Source of the DNA: Nymphon striatum
Lineage: Eukaryota
NCBI GenBank assembly: GCA_016618385.1
Contig: JABFOP010000225.1
Location: forward strand, 79,735 to 143,734
Length of the DNA: 64,000 nt
Reading direction: 5' to 3'
Made by a program: the position numbers and the translations under genes. Shown here piece after piece: positions 22,135 to 34,369 of the stretch; positions within the stretch are counted from its first letter, which is position 1; each line of letters opens with the position of its first letter. Below the pieces are notes generated by a model. The model ran no database searches and was not told the origin of the DNA. It saw nothing but the letters and a program-made list of their open reading frames with translations.

Positions 22135-23098
22135 ATGAGACCTCAAACAAATGTGAGTAAAGAAAACCGCATTCGGGTGATTGTGCTGGCAGAAGAGGGA
22201 TATTCTGGTAGAGAAATGGCAGAAATAGTAGGTTGTAATCAATCCACAGTTTTCAGGATACTTTTAAAATATAAAAAAACTGGATCAACAAATGATTTGC
22301 CAAGATCAGGCACACCACGAAAGATATCAGCCCGTCAAGATCGAATTTAGTCTTAATTATCGCTTCTTGACATCACTAGATCTGCTTTCTCAATGGACAG
22401 AAAAGGGATCATTGAACGATTTGGGTGTGTCAACACAAACTAGTTCGACAAAGGCTTAATGATCTTGGCCTAAATGGGCGGAGAACAAGAAATAAGCCAC
22501 TATTAACAAATTCTCAGAGAATTCGACGAATAGCCTGGGCCAAAGAACATCGATCTTGGAGCGCTGAACAATGGGAAAAGGTGATTTATAGTCATGAATA
22601 ATTTCATCCTAATTGCTTAAGTGTGACAGTAAAGCATCCATTGAAAGCGATGGTCTGGGGATGCATGTCTGCAGCTGGCGTCGGCGCCTTCAAATTGTGC
22701 AAGGACTGATGAATGCAGCAAAATATATCGAAACTTTGCATACTAGAATGCGTCTCTCAGCAAAAGAAATGTTTCCAGGTGAAGATTTTGTCTTTCAAGA
22801 TGATAATGCGCCATGTCACCGAGAAAAAGTTGTCAAGGATTGGTTTGCAGCACACAACCTCAAGCGTTTAGATTGGCCTGCCCAGTCCCCGGACTTAAAC
22901 CTAATTGAGAATGAATGGCATAAAATTGGGTACGAGATCTCAAAAAAGAAACCCACCACAAAAAAAGATCTAATTGAAGCCCTTGTCGCATCATGTCATC
23001 GAATAATCTCTTCGGATCTCTTGAAAAAGTTGGTTTTATCAATGCCGGAGCGCTGTTCAGCCGTCATTAAATCTAAAGGATGGCCAACCAGATACTAA
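22135..23098 (+). pseudogene. Tc1-like transposase gene, frameshifted and slightly internally deleted.
   Basis: N-terminal helix-turn-helix (RIRVIVLAEEGYSGREMAEIVGCNQSTVFRIL...SGTPRKISARQDR). The middle is readable across frames (LNGRRTRNKPLLTNSQRIRRIAWAKEH..WS.EQWEKVI.S..). C-terminal DDE region (FQDDNAPCHREKVVKDWF....LDWPAQSPDLNLIENEW......SMPERCSAVIKSKGWPTRY). Confidence 0.85.
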
Positions 23099-23134
23099 TT
23101 ACATTTTTGACATTGTATATGCTATTTCTTAATA

Positions 23135-23600
23135 TACACTACTGGCCAAAATTAATGAGCCACCTTATGAAAAACACGCATAAATCAATTACTCTTGATT
23201 ATTTGTTAGAGGTCATTCAGAAATTACGTAACGCCGGAGGAGGCGGGGTGTCTGCTCTAGTATTACAGTGTGTTACTAGGGGGTGGAGGGTGTCTGACCA
23301 TGTGTTACATAACACCCTGCCCTTTTTAGAGTGCTTTGGCCTGAAAAAATTGGGGGTCATACTTTTGTTACGTAATTTTTAAGGGGTATGGTTAAGCTCC
23401 GTACACAGTGTTACGGAGGGTGAGGGTGTCAATTTTGGTGAAAAAAAAAAGAGTTACGTAATTTCTGAATGGCCCCTCATATAACATTCAGGAAGAATGG
23501 AAGAAGATTCTCCCATTAGAATATTTAAATAAACTTAAAGAGAGCATGCCAAAGCGTGTAAGCGCCCCATCAAAGCTAACGGGGGCTCAACACAATATTA
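23135..23600 (+). mobile_element. Second, internally deleted Tc1-like copy: 5' TIR plus transposase C-terminal coding remnant.
   Basis: TIR-like TACACTACTGGCCAAAATTAATGAGCCACC at 23135. EEWKKIPLEYLNKLKESMPKRVSA is encoded at 23490-23590. Also an internal 24-bp inverted repeat (GAGGTCATTCAGAAATTACGTAAC / GTTACGTAATTTCTGAATGGCCCCTC). Confidence 0.55.
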
Positions 23601-23949
23601 ATATTACAAACAATTATTTCTTTCCTGGAAATGTGTTTTTCTTTTCAAATGTTTTCAATATGAGTTGTGTTCAATTTAATCTTTCCTTAAGTTGTGGTTT
23701 GAGGAGCACATATGATGGGCCATTCAGAAATTACTTAACTCTTTTTCCGCCCAAATTGACACCCCCACCCCCGTAACACTTAACATGGTCTCTGATCTCT
23801 CTCTGATTTTCAGAAGTAAAATAATAATTCTCGCAGAAATAGTTCGATGATCCAACGGATATTTTAACTTTAAAAGCTCAGCTCAAGTCCGACAAGGTCA
23901 TTTGGTCAATTGAATTTCCTCTACCCCTCACTTTCTTGCTTTTTACAAT

Positions 23950-24130
23950 TGACACTTCGTGTTAAAAAAACGTCCCTACAGGATTCGTGCAATCCAAACC
24001 ACCTTGCTAACGTCACTTTTCTGGTGGCTAACACCCCCACAGACATGATCTAGGGGTCAACAATTTTATAATAGGGGTGTCACTTCAAAATCACTTTTTT
24101 TCACATTTCCAGGCCTCGGATCCCAGACTA
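23950..24130. repeat. Dispersed repeat, two copies (the other at 47565-47720).
   Basis: Shared: TTAAAAAAACGTCCCTACAG.ATTCG..AATCCAAA...CACCCCCACAGACATGAT.TAGGG.TCAAC..TT.ATAATAGGGGTGTCACTTCAAAATCA. Confidence 0.6.
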
Positions 24131-25339
24131 AAAGTAAATCTGTGTACTGTTTATTAAGGAAGAACGTCGGGCATTTTAAGAAATAGATGAAAAATATTAG
24201 ACATGGTTGTGTGTGATGAACTGAGAATTTGCAGTAATATGGAAAACTAAAAAAAAAAAAATGTGGCTATATCAATAATACAGTGAGTCCTTTTGATGCA
24301 GCTTCTAATAAATTGGAAACATGCCTCAAAAAGCCGGAACATAATCATGTGATACATGAATAAGAAAAGTTGCAGAGAAAATTTCATAACAGTTTCAGAA
24401 TGATGCAAACTTTACATTTTCTAGCTTCATCATATTATGGATGTGGGCTTATCCCCATGTGGATGGTTTTACATAACTCGAAGACTGTTAAAGTTTCTGT
24501 ATTTATTTAAGAAATTATGTGTTGACCTGTTTGAACATGAATTGTAAAATATTATTGTAGTATATTTTTCAGAATTCCAGAAAGACTAGCAAATTCATTT
24601 AAATTTCTTTTACAAATATTTGAAAAATTCTTACCTATATAATAAATAAATTTATCGTTAGAAAAGAAACAAACTCACTGCTCAGCCCGGAACCCAGTCA
24701 ATAGATTTCAGATCAGCACAATCATCATCATCACATTTTTCAAACACGCTGTTCATGTTTTTCTTTACGGTACTTTTAGAGTCCTTCTCATCCATACTTT
24801 TAATTAATTCATTATCAGAAAATAAAAACCTTCTTTGAACTGATATTTGAAAATATCGTCTGCAAAACGTTACGATACAGAAAGTGACGTCACGTTTTGC
24901 AAACGATATCTGTAAACATTTTGACAATGACAATTAATGAAACTTTTGGATTTCTCATCCACAAATTCTTGGACTCTTGAGAAAAACACTGTAAAGAAAG
25001 ATAACCCAATATTTTACCAATCGCAGATTTATGTTAGAAATTTTCTTTCACTTCAGTAAACAAAAGTAGCTCATGGTGACTACAAGAATACTGAGTGCAC
25101 TCAGTATTCTTGTAGTCACGATCTTGTAATATTGTATTCACGCTTGTTGCGTGATTCAATTTGTTCAATGCCGTGTGAGATTGGGTTTTGCTGGTGTTTA
25201 CTTATTGTTTAGAGATATATTGCCGCACAATAATGAATCAATGAAATCACAGAATAAGAACCAAGTAGATAATATTGTGTTATAAGATATTTCCTTTTTT
25301 TTTTTAAAGCACAATTGTGATGTATTTTAAATTTGTTCC

Positions 25340-26940
25340 AGAACATTAGATGACAACCGAGTGGAGAGAAATGATATTAGAACTGCGTTTCATTCATGTT
25401 TAAAATTGTTCCAGGCTTTGAATAGACTTTTCTAAAATGGAACCTTTTCAAAATTCCAGTCATATAAAGGTAAGGAAACGAACGACCAAGCAGCACACAA
25501 TTATACTCTACTTCAGAGAGGTTACTTCGTTAATTTTAGAACAAACAGTGATTGAATTTTCTAGCCAATATTTGAGCTGAATTGTATGCTACATCTATAT
25601 CTGTAAGTATTTACATTTACATACTTTTAATTCATATTTAATTGTTACTATATAAAACCTATATTTCCAACTTCACCCATTTTACACCTCTCAAATATGT
25701 TCTGTCCAATTTGCCATTTAATATTTGTAAAAAAAAAATTGCCGTGTTTATTCAGTTATTTGTTTGTTTGCTTTGTTGAGTTTAACGACCACCGATACTT
25801 TTAAGGCTCATTCTGAGTCGTCCTCCATCTTCCTATTTAGACCTTTAGAAGGGATGGAGAAAGAAGATAGTATCGATAGGGAAAAATCAGCCGAGAGAAG
25901 TGTATTGGAATAGTTAATATCTCTATTTTGGGCTTGAATGACTCAGGTTCGAATCTCATTCGAACCCCACCACTTTTACAGCAAATCAGTGCACTAAATT
26001 CCCAAGCAGAAGTGAAACACTCGTCTGAGCTCTAAAGTCTTTTATGTCTGTAAATTGTTTGTTATTATTTTATTTTATGTCATGAAAATAGCTTTGATGA
26101 AACCATCTTATTTCGTTGATGTTCAACTATCAATGGTAACATTCTTAAGAGGATCATTTGTCCGAGTGGAGAGAAATAATATTAAAACTGCGTTTCGTTC
26201 ATGTTTAAAATTGTTCCAAGCTTTGAATAGACTTTTCTAAAATGGAACCTTTTCAAAATTCCAGCCATATAAAGGCAACAAGGAAACGACCAATCAGCAC
26301 ACAGATATACTCTATTTCAGAGAGGTTACTTTGTTAATTTTAAAACAAACAGTAATTGAATCAGTGAATTGAATCTTCTAGCCAATATTTGAGTGAATTG
26401 TATTCTACATCTATATCTGTAAGTATTTACATTTACATACTTTTAATTCATATTTGATTGTTACTATATAAAACCTTTTTCCAACTTCACCCATTTTACA
26501 CCTCTCAAATTGTTCTGCCAATTTGCCATTTTTATTTGTTTGTTAGCTTTGTTGAGTTTAACGACCACCGATACATTTAAGGCTCATTCTGAGTCGTCCT
26601 CCATCTTCCTATTTAGACCTTTAGAAGGGATGGAGAACGAAGATAGTATCGATAGAGAAAAATCAGCCGAGAGAGGTGTATTGGAACAGTTAATATCTCT
26701 ATTTTGGGCTTGACTGACTTAGGTTCGAATCTCATTCGAACCCCACCACTTTTACAGCAAATCGGTGCATTAAATTCTCAAGCGGAAGTGAAACACTCGT
26801 CTGAGCTCTAACGTCTTTTATGTCTGTAAATTGTTTATTTTTTTTAATTTTATGTCATGAAAATAGCTTTGATAAAACCATCTTATTTCGTTGATACGAT
26901 CAATGGTAACGTTCTTAAGAGGATCCATTACACGTATAAT
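25340..26940 (+). repeat. Tandem duplication of a ~800-bp unit (25340-26150 and 26150-26940). Each unit carries module B fused to a tRNA-like SINE head.
   Basis: The two units are collinear at about 90% identity (for example, GAGTGGAGAGAAAT.ATATTA.AACTGCGTTTC.TTCATGTTTAAAATTGTTCCA.GCTTTGAATAGACTTTTCTAAAATGGAACC in both). Confidence 0.8.
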
Positions 26941-27373
26941 CAAATACTGAAAATCTATCTCAGAAGTTTGATTTTTTCATTCAGGCCTTTCTTTCCGCAC
27001 TTAGAATTACGCCATTAATTGTAATTGCAACGCAGCTTGATACTGTCTGAATAAATATTTGACGGTAGACATGGATCTGACTTACGATAAAACTTTTATG
27101 TGATTGGGAATTAGTTTCTTAGAGCTTTAGTTGAGATATTTTTTATACTTTTCAAATTGAAAGATCTATATATATTTTTTTTGACCTTATTGCACTAAAC
27201 TCACATGGGTTTTATGGCAAGCTGGAGGCCGTGTCCATCCGACTGAATGCAGTGCTTCTCTGTTAGAACTACAAGCCATAGTGAACGAGTCCTATTTCTC
27301 ACACCGCAGTCAAGAATAGGCGTTCCACGCAGGTGTTACACTTCACCGGGATCACCCTACTCTTTATTCGAAT

Positions 27374-29890
27374 TAGTCCAGTCGATGAGGGCTCAAACTT
27401 GGAACAAATTTGTTTAAAGATGAATTTGGTCTTAAATGAAGCCCACATATATGGAGAATGTTGCTATAAAATTCCACCCTCGTCTTCTTTGGGGAAAAAA
27501 AATACAGGCCTGCCTCTAAACCCGTCAATAACCCATCTTACCACAAGGGTATTGGGGTAGGGCAAATATAAATTCGAATTTGTCAGTAACCAGTAGACAA
27601 GTTTTGACAAATTTATGACCCAACAAAATGTTTGTATTGATGAGTGCTACAGTTTAAATGAGGTCACATGCATTTATGTTAATTAAGTTGGCCTCCAGAG
27701 GTCAAAAGGTCACAAAATTACACATTTGCCCAAAATTAATTTTGGGATACCGGACCAAAATACTCTATAAAACCCAAATTTATCAAATTCTTTTCACCTA
27801 AATTGATTTATGCATTAGCCAAGGCAATACAAAAGTGATTTTAAGCGTCAAATGAGAGATGTTTCATGTAATTACGTAATGATCACAAATGGAAATTGCT
27901 CAAATTTTAAAAAGCATGGATCAGTTCACTTGTGTGGTACATAGAATTTCTCGATCACCAATGGACCATTTTCTACAAAGGACCCATCAAAATGTTTGTC
28001 TTCATCTGTGTTACAGTTTAAATGAGGTCACATGCAATTATGTTAATTAAGTAGGTCACCAGAGGTCAAAGGTCATTACATTTGACATTTTTCCAAAATT
28101 TAGATACCAAACGTATAAAACCAAAAGGCATTAGATTATTTTCACCTAACTGGATTTATGTATTAGCCAAAGCAATAAAAAAGTGATTTTAAGCGTCAAA
28201 TGAGAGATGTTTCATGTAATTACGTAATGATCACAAACTTCTTTTCCTGTAATTTTAAAAAACATGGATCAGTCCACCTGTGGGGTAAGGTATAAATATA
28301 GAATAAATTATAATTTCTCGATGACCAATGGCCCATTTTCCAAAAATATCTCATCATAATGTTTATCTTGATCAGTGCTACAGTTTAAATGGGGTCCTAT
28401 GCAATTATGGTAATTAAGTAGGTCACCAGAAGTTAAAAGGTGACACTGTCAGTCACAAGCACCTATTTTCTGAATGAAAGCAAGATGGCTGTTAGATGAC
28501 GGTTACTCAAAGCAAGTGATGTTATTGACGAGATTATGGCCGATGATGACAGCAGGGACAACTGGGACGGGGACGCCAACGACACGTTCCCTAACAAGGA
28601 GAAAGATGGCACAGAGACAGGTCACCTCAACTCAGCATGCCATGGGATTGGGAGAGAACCACCAGATTTCAACCCAGGATGGTGGAGAATTTAGTCCAGA
28701 TCCCAAATAATCCACAGCCAATTCACTTCTTCTCATTGTACTTAACAGATCACATTCTCCACCACTGTACTGCTGAGACAAACAGATATGCTGACCAGTA
28801 CCTTACTGTCAATCATGCCACAATGAAATGTAGATCCTGCAGACACCAATGGAGAAACGTGAGGAATAACCAAATGAAAAACAATTTCTGGTCATTTTAA
28901 TCTTTCAAGGGATAGTCTACAAACCCAGAATCAGTAAGTATAGGGTAAATCACCAACTATTCGCAACACCCAATTTTTGGGATGTTTTTATACTGAGACA
29001 GGCCTGTCGCACCCATTTTTTGGGGTGAGGCCTGTCTTTTTAATTCTCTATCTTCCTGTGAAAGGGACATCTCTGGGACACCAGTTTATTGGTTTATTTC
29101 CCGTATATGCTATGGATACTAACACAATATGCGAACAGGACAGTAATTTTGGGCGAGGCCTAAGATTGATGACCTTTTGACCTCTGGTGACCTAATTAAT
29201 TTATAAATGTTCATAATGTTGTTTTAGACGAAATGTTAAAGTTTGTGATCTTTTGACCTCTGGTGACCTACTTAATTATTAACATAATTGAGTATGACCT
29301 CATTTAAACTGTAACGCTAATGAAGATAAATATTTTGATGGGTCATTTGTAGAAAATGATCCATTGGTGATTCAGAAATTCTATTTTACATTTACCCTGC
29401 CCCACAAGTGGACTGATTCATGCCTTTTAAAATTAGAGCAAATTCCATTTCTAATAATTACGTAATTACATTCAACATCTCTCACTTGACGATAAACTCA
29501 CTTTTTTATTGACTTAGCTAATAGATAAATCCATTTAGGTGAAAAGAATCTGATGCATTTGGGTTTTATAGAGTATTTTGGTCCGGTATCCAAATGTTGT
29601 GCAAATGTATACTTTTGTGACCTTTTGACCTCTGGTGACCTACTTAATTAATATAATTGTATGTGAGCTCATCTAAACTGTAGCACTCATCAATACATTT
29701 GCCCTTCCCCAATACTCTTATGGTCCGATGGGTTATTGACGGGTTTAAAGTAATTTTTTTCCCTAAGAGGACGAAGGTGGAATTGTATACCAACATTCTC
29801 AATATATGTGGGCTTCATTTAAGACCGAATTCAGCTTTACACAAATTTGTTCCAGGTTAGACCTAATTTCAGCCTTCATCGACTGGACTA
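27374..29890. mobile_element. ~2.5-kb non-autonomous DNA transposon with ~1.1-kb inverted arms built from ~330-bp subrepeats. Termini are TAGTCCAGTCGATGA...TCATCGACTGGACTA. It sits inside a SINE-A copy and has an apparent 3-bp (AAT) flanking duplication.
   Basis: 27374-28450 is the reverse complement of 29170-29890. Each arm holds 2-3 copies of a unit containing TTTTGACCTCTGGTGACCT. The SINE sequence ...CACCCTACTCTTTATTCGAAT | element | AGTGAAGTGTGTTCTTTAACG is continuous across the insertion. Confidence 0.7.
28528..28900 (+). pseudogene. Remnant of the N-terminal region of a piggyBac-type transposase, frameshifted, inside the long-TIR element.
   Basis: MADDDSRDNWDGD...NKEKDG..., then in a shifted frame ...PNNPQPIHFFSLYLTDHILHHCTAETNRYADQYL. 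This fits the conserved piggyBac/PGBD N-terminal block (FF.LF.TDE....IV.ETN.YA.Q). No DDE core follows. Confidence 0.6.
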
Positions 29891-29984
29891 AATAGTGAAG
29901 TGTGTTCTTTAACGTACAGAGGGTGTGACTCTCTTCTACACGAGACTTCTATTAACTATATGTAATTGTTATGTAATGCAAGTG

Positions 29985-30272
29985 TACCATTTCACCAGGA
30001 ATTGTCACCCTACTCTTGTCCGAATAGTGAAGTCGGGAAGTGGGTTCTTTAACGTGCAGCGGGTATGGCTCTCAATTACACGGGACCTCCATTTAACTTC
30101 CTATCCGAGGGACGGAGTGCTTTCTCTCTAAAACCAGCCTGCATCTATTATCAGAGAGGAGAGCACGAGAATACACAACGTAACGGATGAAAAAGTGGTG
30201 GGGTTCGAATGGGATTCGAACCTGGGTCATTCAAGCCCAGAATAGAGATATTAACCACTCAGCCACCGCGCT
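29985..30272 (-). mobile_element. SINE-A copy. The tRNA-like head is at 30195-30272 with A-box TGGCTGAGTGG and B-box GGTTCGAATCC on the minus strand.
   Basis: The reverse complement reads GCGGTGGCTGAGTGGTTAATATCTCTATTCTGGGCTTGAATGACCCAGGTTCGAATCCCATTCGAACCCCACCAC. The body matches 5930-6100. Confidence 0.7.
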
Positions 30273-30284
30273 GTCTATATGTTA

Positions 30285-31421
30285 CAGTGAATGTGTATAA
30301 TGTCTGATTCACTCAGGGAATGTGTATATTGTCTGAAAGTTTCAGGGAATATACATATTCCCTGAAATTTGGACCATTTTGTTATACAGATTCCCTGAAT
30401 CGAATTTTCAATGATTGAACATGATGTTTTTATAGACTTCTTTTCGGTATTCACATCGTCGATGGAGTATAGTTCGTAAGTGCATAAATCAAATTGATTC
30501 CTGGTATATTTTCCACTCAGCATGCCACATTTAACTGCAATCGTATAATTGTCATTTTCGTCATGTCCATAATCATGCCCATGATATTCCTTGGATCTCC
30601 ACGACCCCTATCCACCATTGGTATCGGAACTGTGACATTGTTACCAACGTTTCCGCGGTTCATAATACGACGACTTCGTTTTACCATACGTTCAGCTTGT
30701 AAAAGCTGAACTAACCTAAGGCCAAAAAAAAAAATGTTGTGTTTCCGGTAACCCGACCGACCGTGTAATTTTACCGCCGACTGAAATGTTTTTATGATGA
30801 TTCGGGAAAAACATAGCAAAATGCATGAAATGGTAAAGAAAAAACGTCACAAAATTGGATATTGGTGGGTTATATAATTTCTAGTGAATAAAAAAAAAAA
30901 AAAAAAAAAAAAAAAACCGACCTACCGACCCTGCCGTATGTCAAGACCGTTACCGGAAACACAGCCTTTTTTTTTTTTGGCCTAACCTAATTTCTATAAT
31001 ATAACATTTTTCGATCAGCCTAGATCCAAACAGGTTAGGTAAGGTTTCCTCAACTAAACTAAATAATAGTCTCAATAACCTAACACTTTTAATTTATGTT
31101 TTTTTCTGTTAAGTTTCTGATTTTCTGTTTTTTTCTGTTAAGTCAGGTGAGGTGAGGTGAGGTCAGGTTTTTGATAATTTTTTTTATATTTTGTTTTTTT
31201 TTAAATTTTTTCCAACAAGTTTTTCATTGTCTGTGTCATTGAAAATACGATTCAGGGAATCTGTATAACAAAATGGTCCAAATTTCAGAGAATATGTATA
31301 TTCCCTGAAACTTTCAGGGAATATACACATTCCCTGAGTGAATCAGACATTATACACATTCCCTGAAATTTTCAGGAAATATACATATTCCCTGGTTATA
31401 CACATTCACTGTAACATATAT
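30285..31421. mobile_element. Tc1/mariner-type non-autonomous element (~1.1 kb) with ~130-bp TIRs starting CAGTGAATGTGTATAA and TA flanking duplication.
   Basis: 30285-30410 is the reverse complement of 31290-31421. TA sits immediately outside both termini (GTTA|CAGTG...CACTG|TAAC). The PIF-type MITE copy 2 is nested inside. Confidence 0.75.
30720..30982. mobile_element. PIF/Harbinger-type MITE, copy 2, nested inside the Tc1/mariner-type element. An internal poly-A is present.
   Basis: Same TIRs as 19232-19593 (GGCCAAAAAAAAAAATGTTGTGTTTCCGGTAAC ... GTTACCGGAAACACAGCCTTTTTTTTTTTTGGCC). Flanked by TAA. Confidence 0.75.
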
Positions 31422-33394
31422 ATATATTGAGACTATTTGTGTTCATTAGTAGTTACAGCTAAAGACGAGAGGGTTTCTCCTCTAGTTGAGAAATCAGTGC
31501 ATTTATTAGCTCTGGTTTGATGTGAGGTAGGTTGGAGTTCTTCCCTCAGTTGATTCTTTCCTATCGATAATATTTTCTTTCTCCAACCCTTCTAAAAATC
31601 TAAATAGGAAGATGGAGGACGACTTCAAATGAGAATTAAAATGTATCGGAGGGTCGTTAAACCCAAGAAAATAAATTTAATTTCTTCATCATATTTTATT
31701 TTTATTTTATTTCCAAGTATTACCTACGGGAATAAGTCCAATTTACAGGGTCCGTAATCATCTATATGACATAATATGGGCGTTTTTACGGTTTAATAAT
31801 AGTGAACGTGTGTAATATAAATTCAATTTTATATTTCACGTGTGTATTAAAAATAAAATTGAAAGAACAAAATTAATCCTATGCAGAGAGTATAATATAA
31901 ATTCCTTTCTCTCTCTCTAGAGAGAAAGCTGATAAGAAAAGGAATAAAATATTCCTCCGCGCACAGTAAAAGAACAGCCATTTTGTTTCTTGATAATGCT
32001 AGCTAAATATTATGCATTGATATTAGGAGTACGAATTTATGATTAGCATGCTGAAATACAATGTTCGCTAGTTTTATAAATCTCATATCAAATAGGAATT
32101 CATTTTGTTATAACATTTTGGATGAATATTAAATCGAAAATCTGAATGAGTTAAAACGAAAGAATTATCACGGTTATGGCCTATGCTATGGGCTACGATC
32201 TATGCTATGTGCTAGATTTGAATGCTATTATGCACTAAAAATACTTTGTTTATTAATTGATTACTTTTTTGGCGTTTACATTTTAATTGAATTTCTTATA
32301 CACCGACACACACTTATTTATATGCCACGTTTTACTGGCTAATATAAACACTCTTATTAGTTATAATATTTATTATAATATAAGAAGTATTTAATTCACC
32401 TTGATTTGTTGATCAGTTTTGAAAATGCTTAAAGCAGACGAAAACATGCATCAATGGTTCTAAACCAATGGGGAAGCGAGGGGAATGACAAAGAATTTTA
32501 CACACACGAATGAATGAATGCATGGTCAAGCTTTTTACTATGAATTTAGAAATTTGTTAAATTGTTTGTTTAATTATTTGTTAAATATTATATGTTTCAG
32601 GCATAATTGTTATTGATATTACCAATTTCAAAATATATGTCATATTAACATATTTTCTTGTAAAACTGTTAAGTATCTCTTAATTAATGGAACTATTTTT
32701 ACGCGGATTATTGTAATCTATACTATACAACATACATGTGACAAATACAGCCTGTAGATCAAAAATACCGATAATTTCCCCCTTCTACCGATATACCGCT
32801 CCGGTAGACAAATCTACAGGTGTAGGAATTCTCCAGTATACATTTTTCACAAAGCCATAAAACCTGACATTAGACTGCTGTGTGTATCGTAAATGTGTCA
32901 TGCTGAGGCTAGCTTGCCCCTATGTTGAGTGTTAACCAATCAGATTCAAGTTTATATTATTGGATTTTCCACGGTCCAATCAGAATTACGCTAACAAGTA
33001 TGCATCATTTTGACTTATGTGTATAAAACTACTATAATAATGTTCGAAACATTGCGGTAGAAAAATCTACCTGCCAAAAGTCCAATCTACCTGCCAAAAT
33101 TCTTAAATCTACCTGACAAGCTACAGAAAGCTGTCACATGTATGATACAACAATGCTTCAAATTGAGTCATTTGGTCCTATATAAAAATTTTTAAATGGA
33201 AATTGAATCCATAAGTTGTTTTTTAATTAATTTAAATGTTTTTAAGATATTGTGTGATATGTAATTGTAAAGGATATGTAATTCGTTCCAATTTGATATG
33301 AGATTTGTGAAACTCGCCACCATTGTTTTAATTTTGCTCGCCAAGGCTCGCATCACAAATCTCATATCAAATTGGAACTCATTACATATCCTCT

Positions 33395-33672
33395 ATTTAT
33401 GTAATGTAAATGAACCACTTCACCGAGAATTATCACCCTACTCTTGTTTGAATAGTGAAGTGGGTTCTTTAAAATGCAGAAGGTATGGTTCTCCTCTACA
33501 CGGGACCTCCATTTAACGTCCTATCCGAAGGACAGAGTATTTTCTCTTTAAAACCAGCCTGCAACCAGTATCAGTGAGGAGAGTACGAGAATACACAACG
33601 TAAAAGGTGAAAAAGTGGTGGGGTTCGCAATCTAGCCCAAAATAAAGATCTTCACCACTCAGCCACCGCGCT
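33395..33672 (-). mobile_element. SINE-A copy with tRNA-like head.
   Basis: Head GAAAAAGTGGTGGGGTTCGCAATCTAGCCC...CACCACTCAGCCACCGCGCTC, body matching 29985-30190. Confidence 0.65.
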
Positions 33673-33957
33673 CTCTCATGTTCGATATTAATCCATTTTG
33701 ATCTGACCTCCTGCTTCCTCAACATCTGCTGTGGAAGCTGACGGTGTGCCAGCCGGACACTGTAGTTTGCTCACGGAAGTTATGAATTTCTTGAGGGCAG
33801 CTCCTTTACCGATACCATATAGGCGGGATGTAGTGTCACACCCATGATCACATTGTAGTGAACTTTTAGTTTTTGTATTTTCAAAGTTGAAAAGGTAGTT
33901 CAGTGTTATTGCACCAAATCTGTACTGCAAATAATAATGTGTAGCGAACATAAATCT

Positions 33958-34252
33958 ACAAGAATACGCAACAAAATTCATTCTAAATAAAACGGCCATG
34001 TAGGGATGCTATTGAATGTTAACTTACTACTCCTACATCATGTGCTAACTAACAAACATGTATACATTACTGCCTCTTTGCCTCTGTATACACAAAGTGT
34101 TTGTTGAAATGAAACACAGTGTACTGTGAGGTGGTTCTGGAGGCAGTATAATGTAGGGGTTGCTAGTGCATGATGTAGGAGTAATAAGTTATCATTCAAT
34201 AGCATCCAGACATGGCCTTTTTATTTAGAATAAATTTGTTTGTGTATTCTTG
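33958..34252. repeat. Foldback with ~95-bp inverted arms and a ~95-bp loop.
   Basis: CAAGAATACGCAACAAAATTCATTCTAAATAAAACGGCCATGTAGGGATGCTATTGAATG... is inverted to ...CATTCAATAGCATCCAGACATGGCCTTTTTATTTAGAATAAATTTGTTTGTGTATTCTTG. Confidence 0.7.
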
Positions 34253-34369
34253 TTTTCATACTTTTTTGTAGGTATAATAATAGTGTTGAATAATAATCAT
34301 CAATGTGAGGATGAAAGTTATTAGTAAGTAAAGAAGAAACCGTTAAAAAAGAGAATGAAAATAGTTATC

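Noticed and set aside
23080-23382. 100-aa ORF after the Tc1 transposase stop
   Set aside because: It spans the TIR of the second Tc1 copy and a G-rich palindromic insert. No protein-like features.
30195-30272. Possible tRNA genes at SINE heads (also 5852-5935, 25915-25980, 26695-26760, 33604-33672, 20120-20190, 59293-59330)
   Set aside because: A and B boxes are present but the acceptor and anticodon stems do not fold as bona fide tRNAs. Each is contiguous with a SINE body, so I called them SINE heads.
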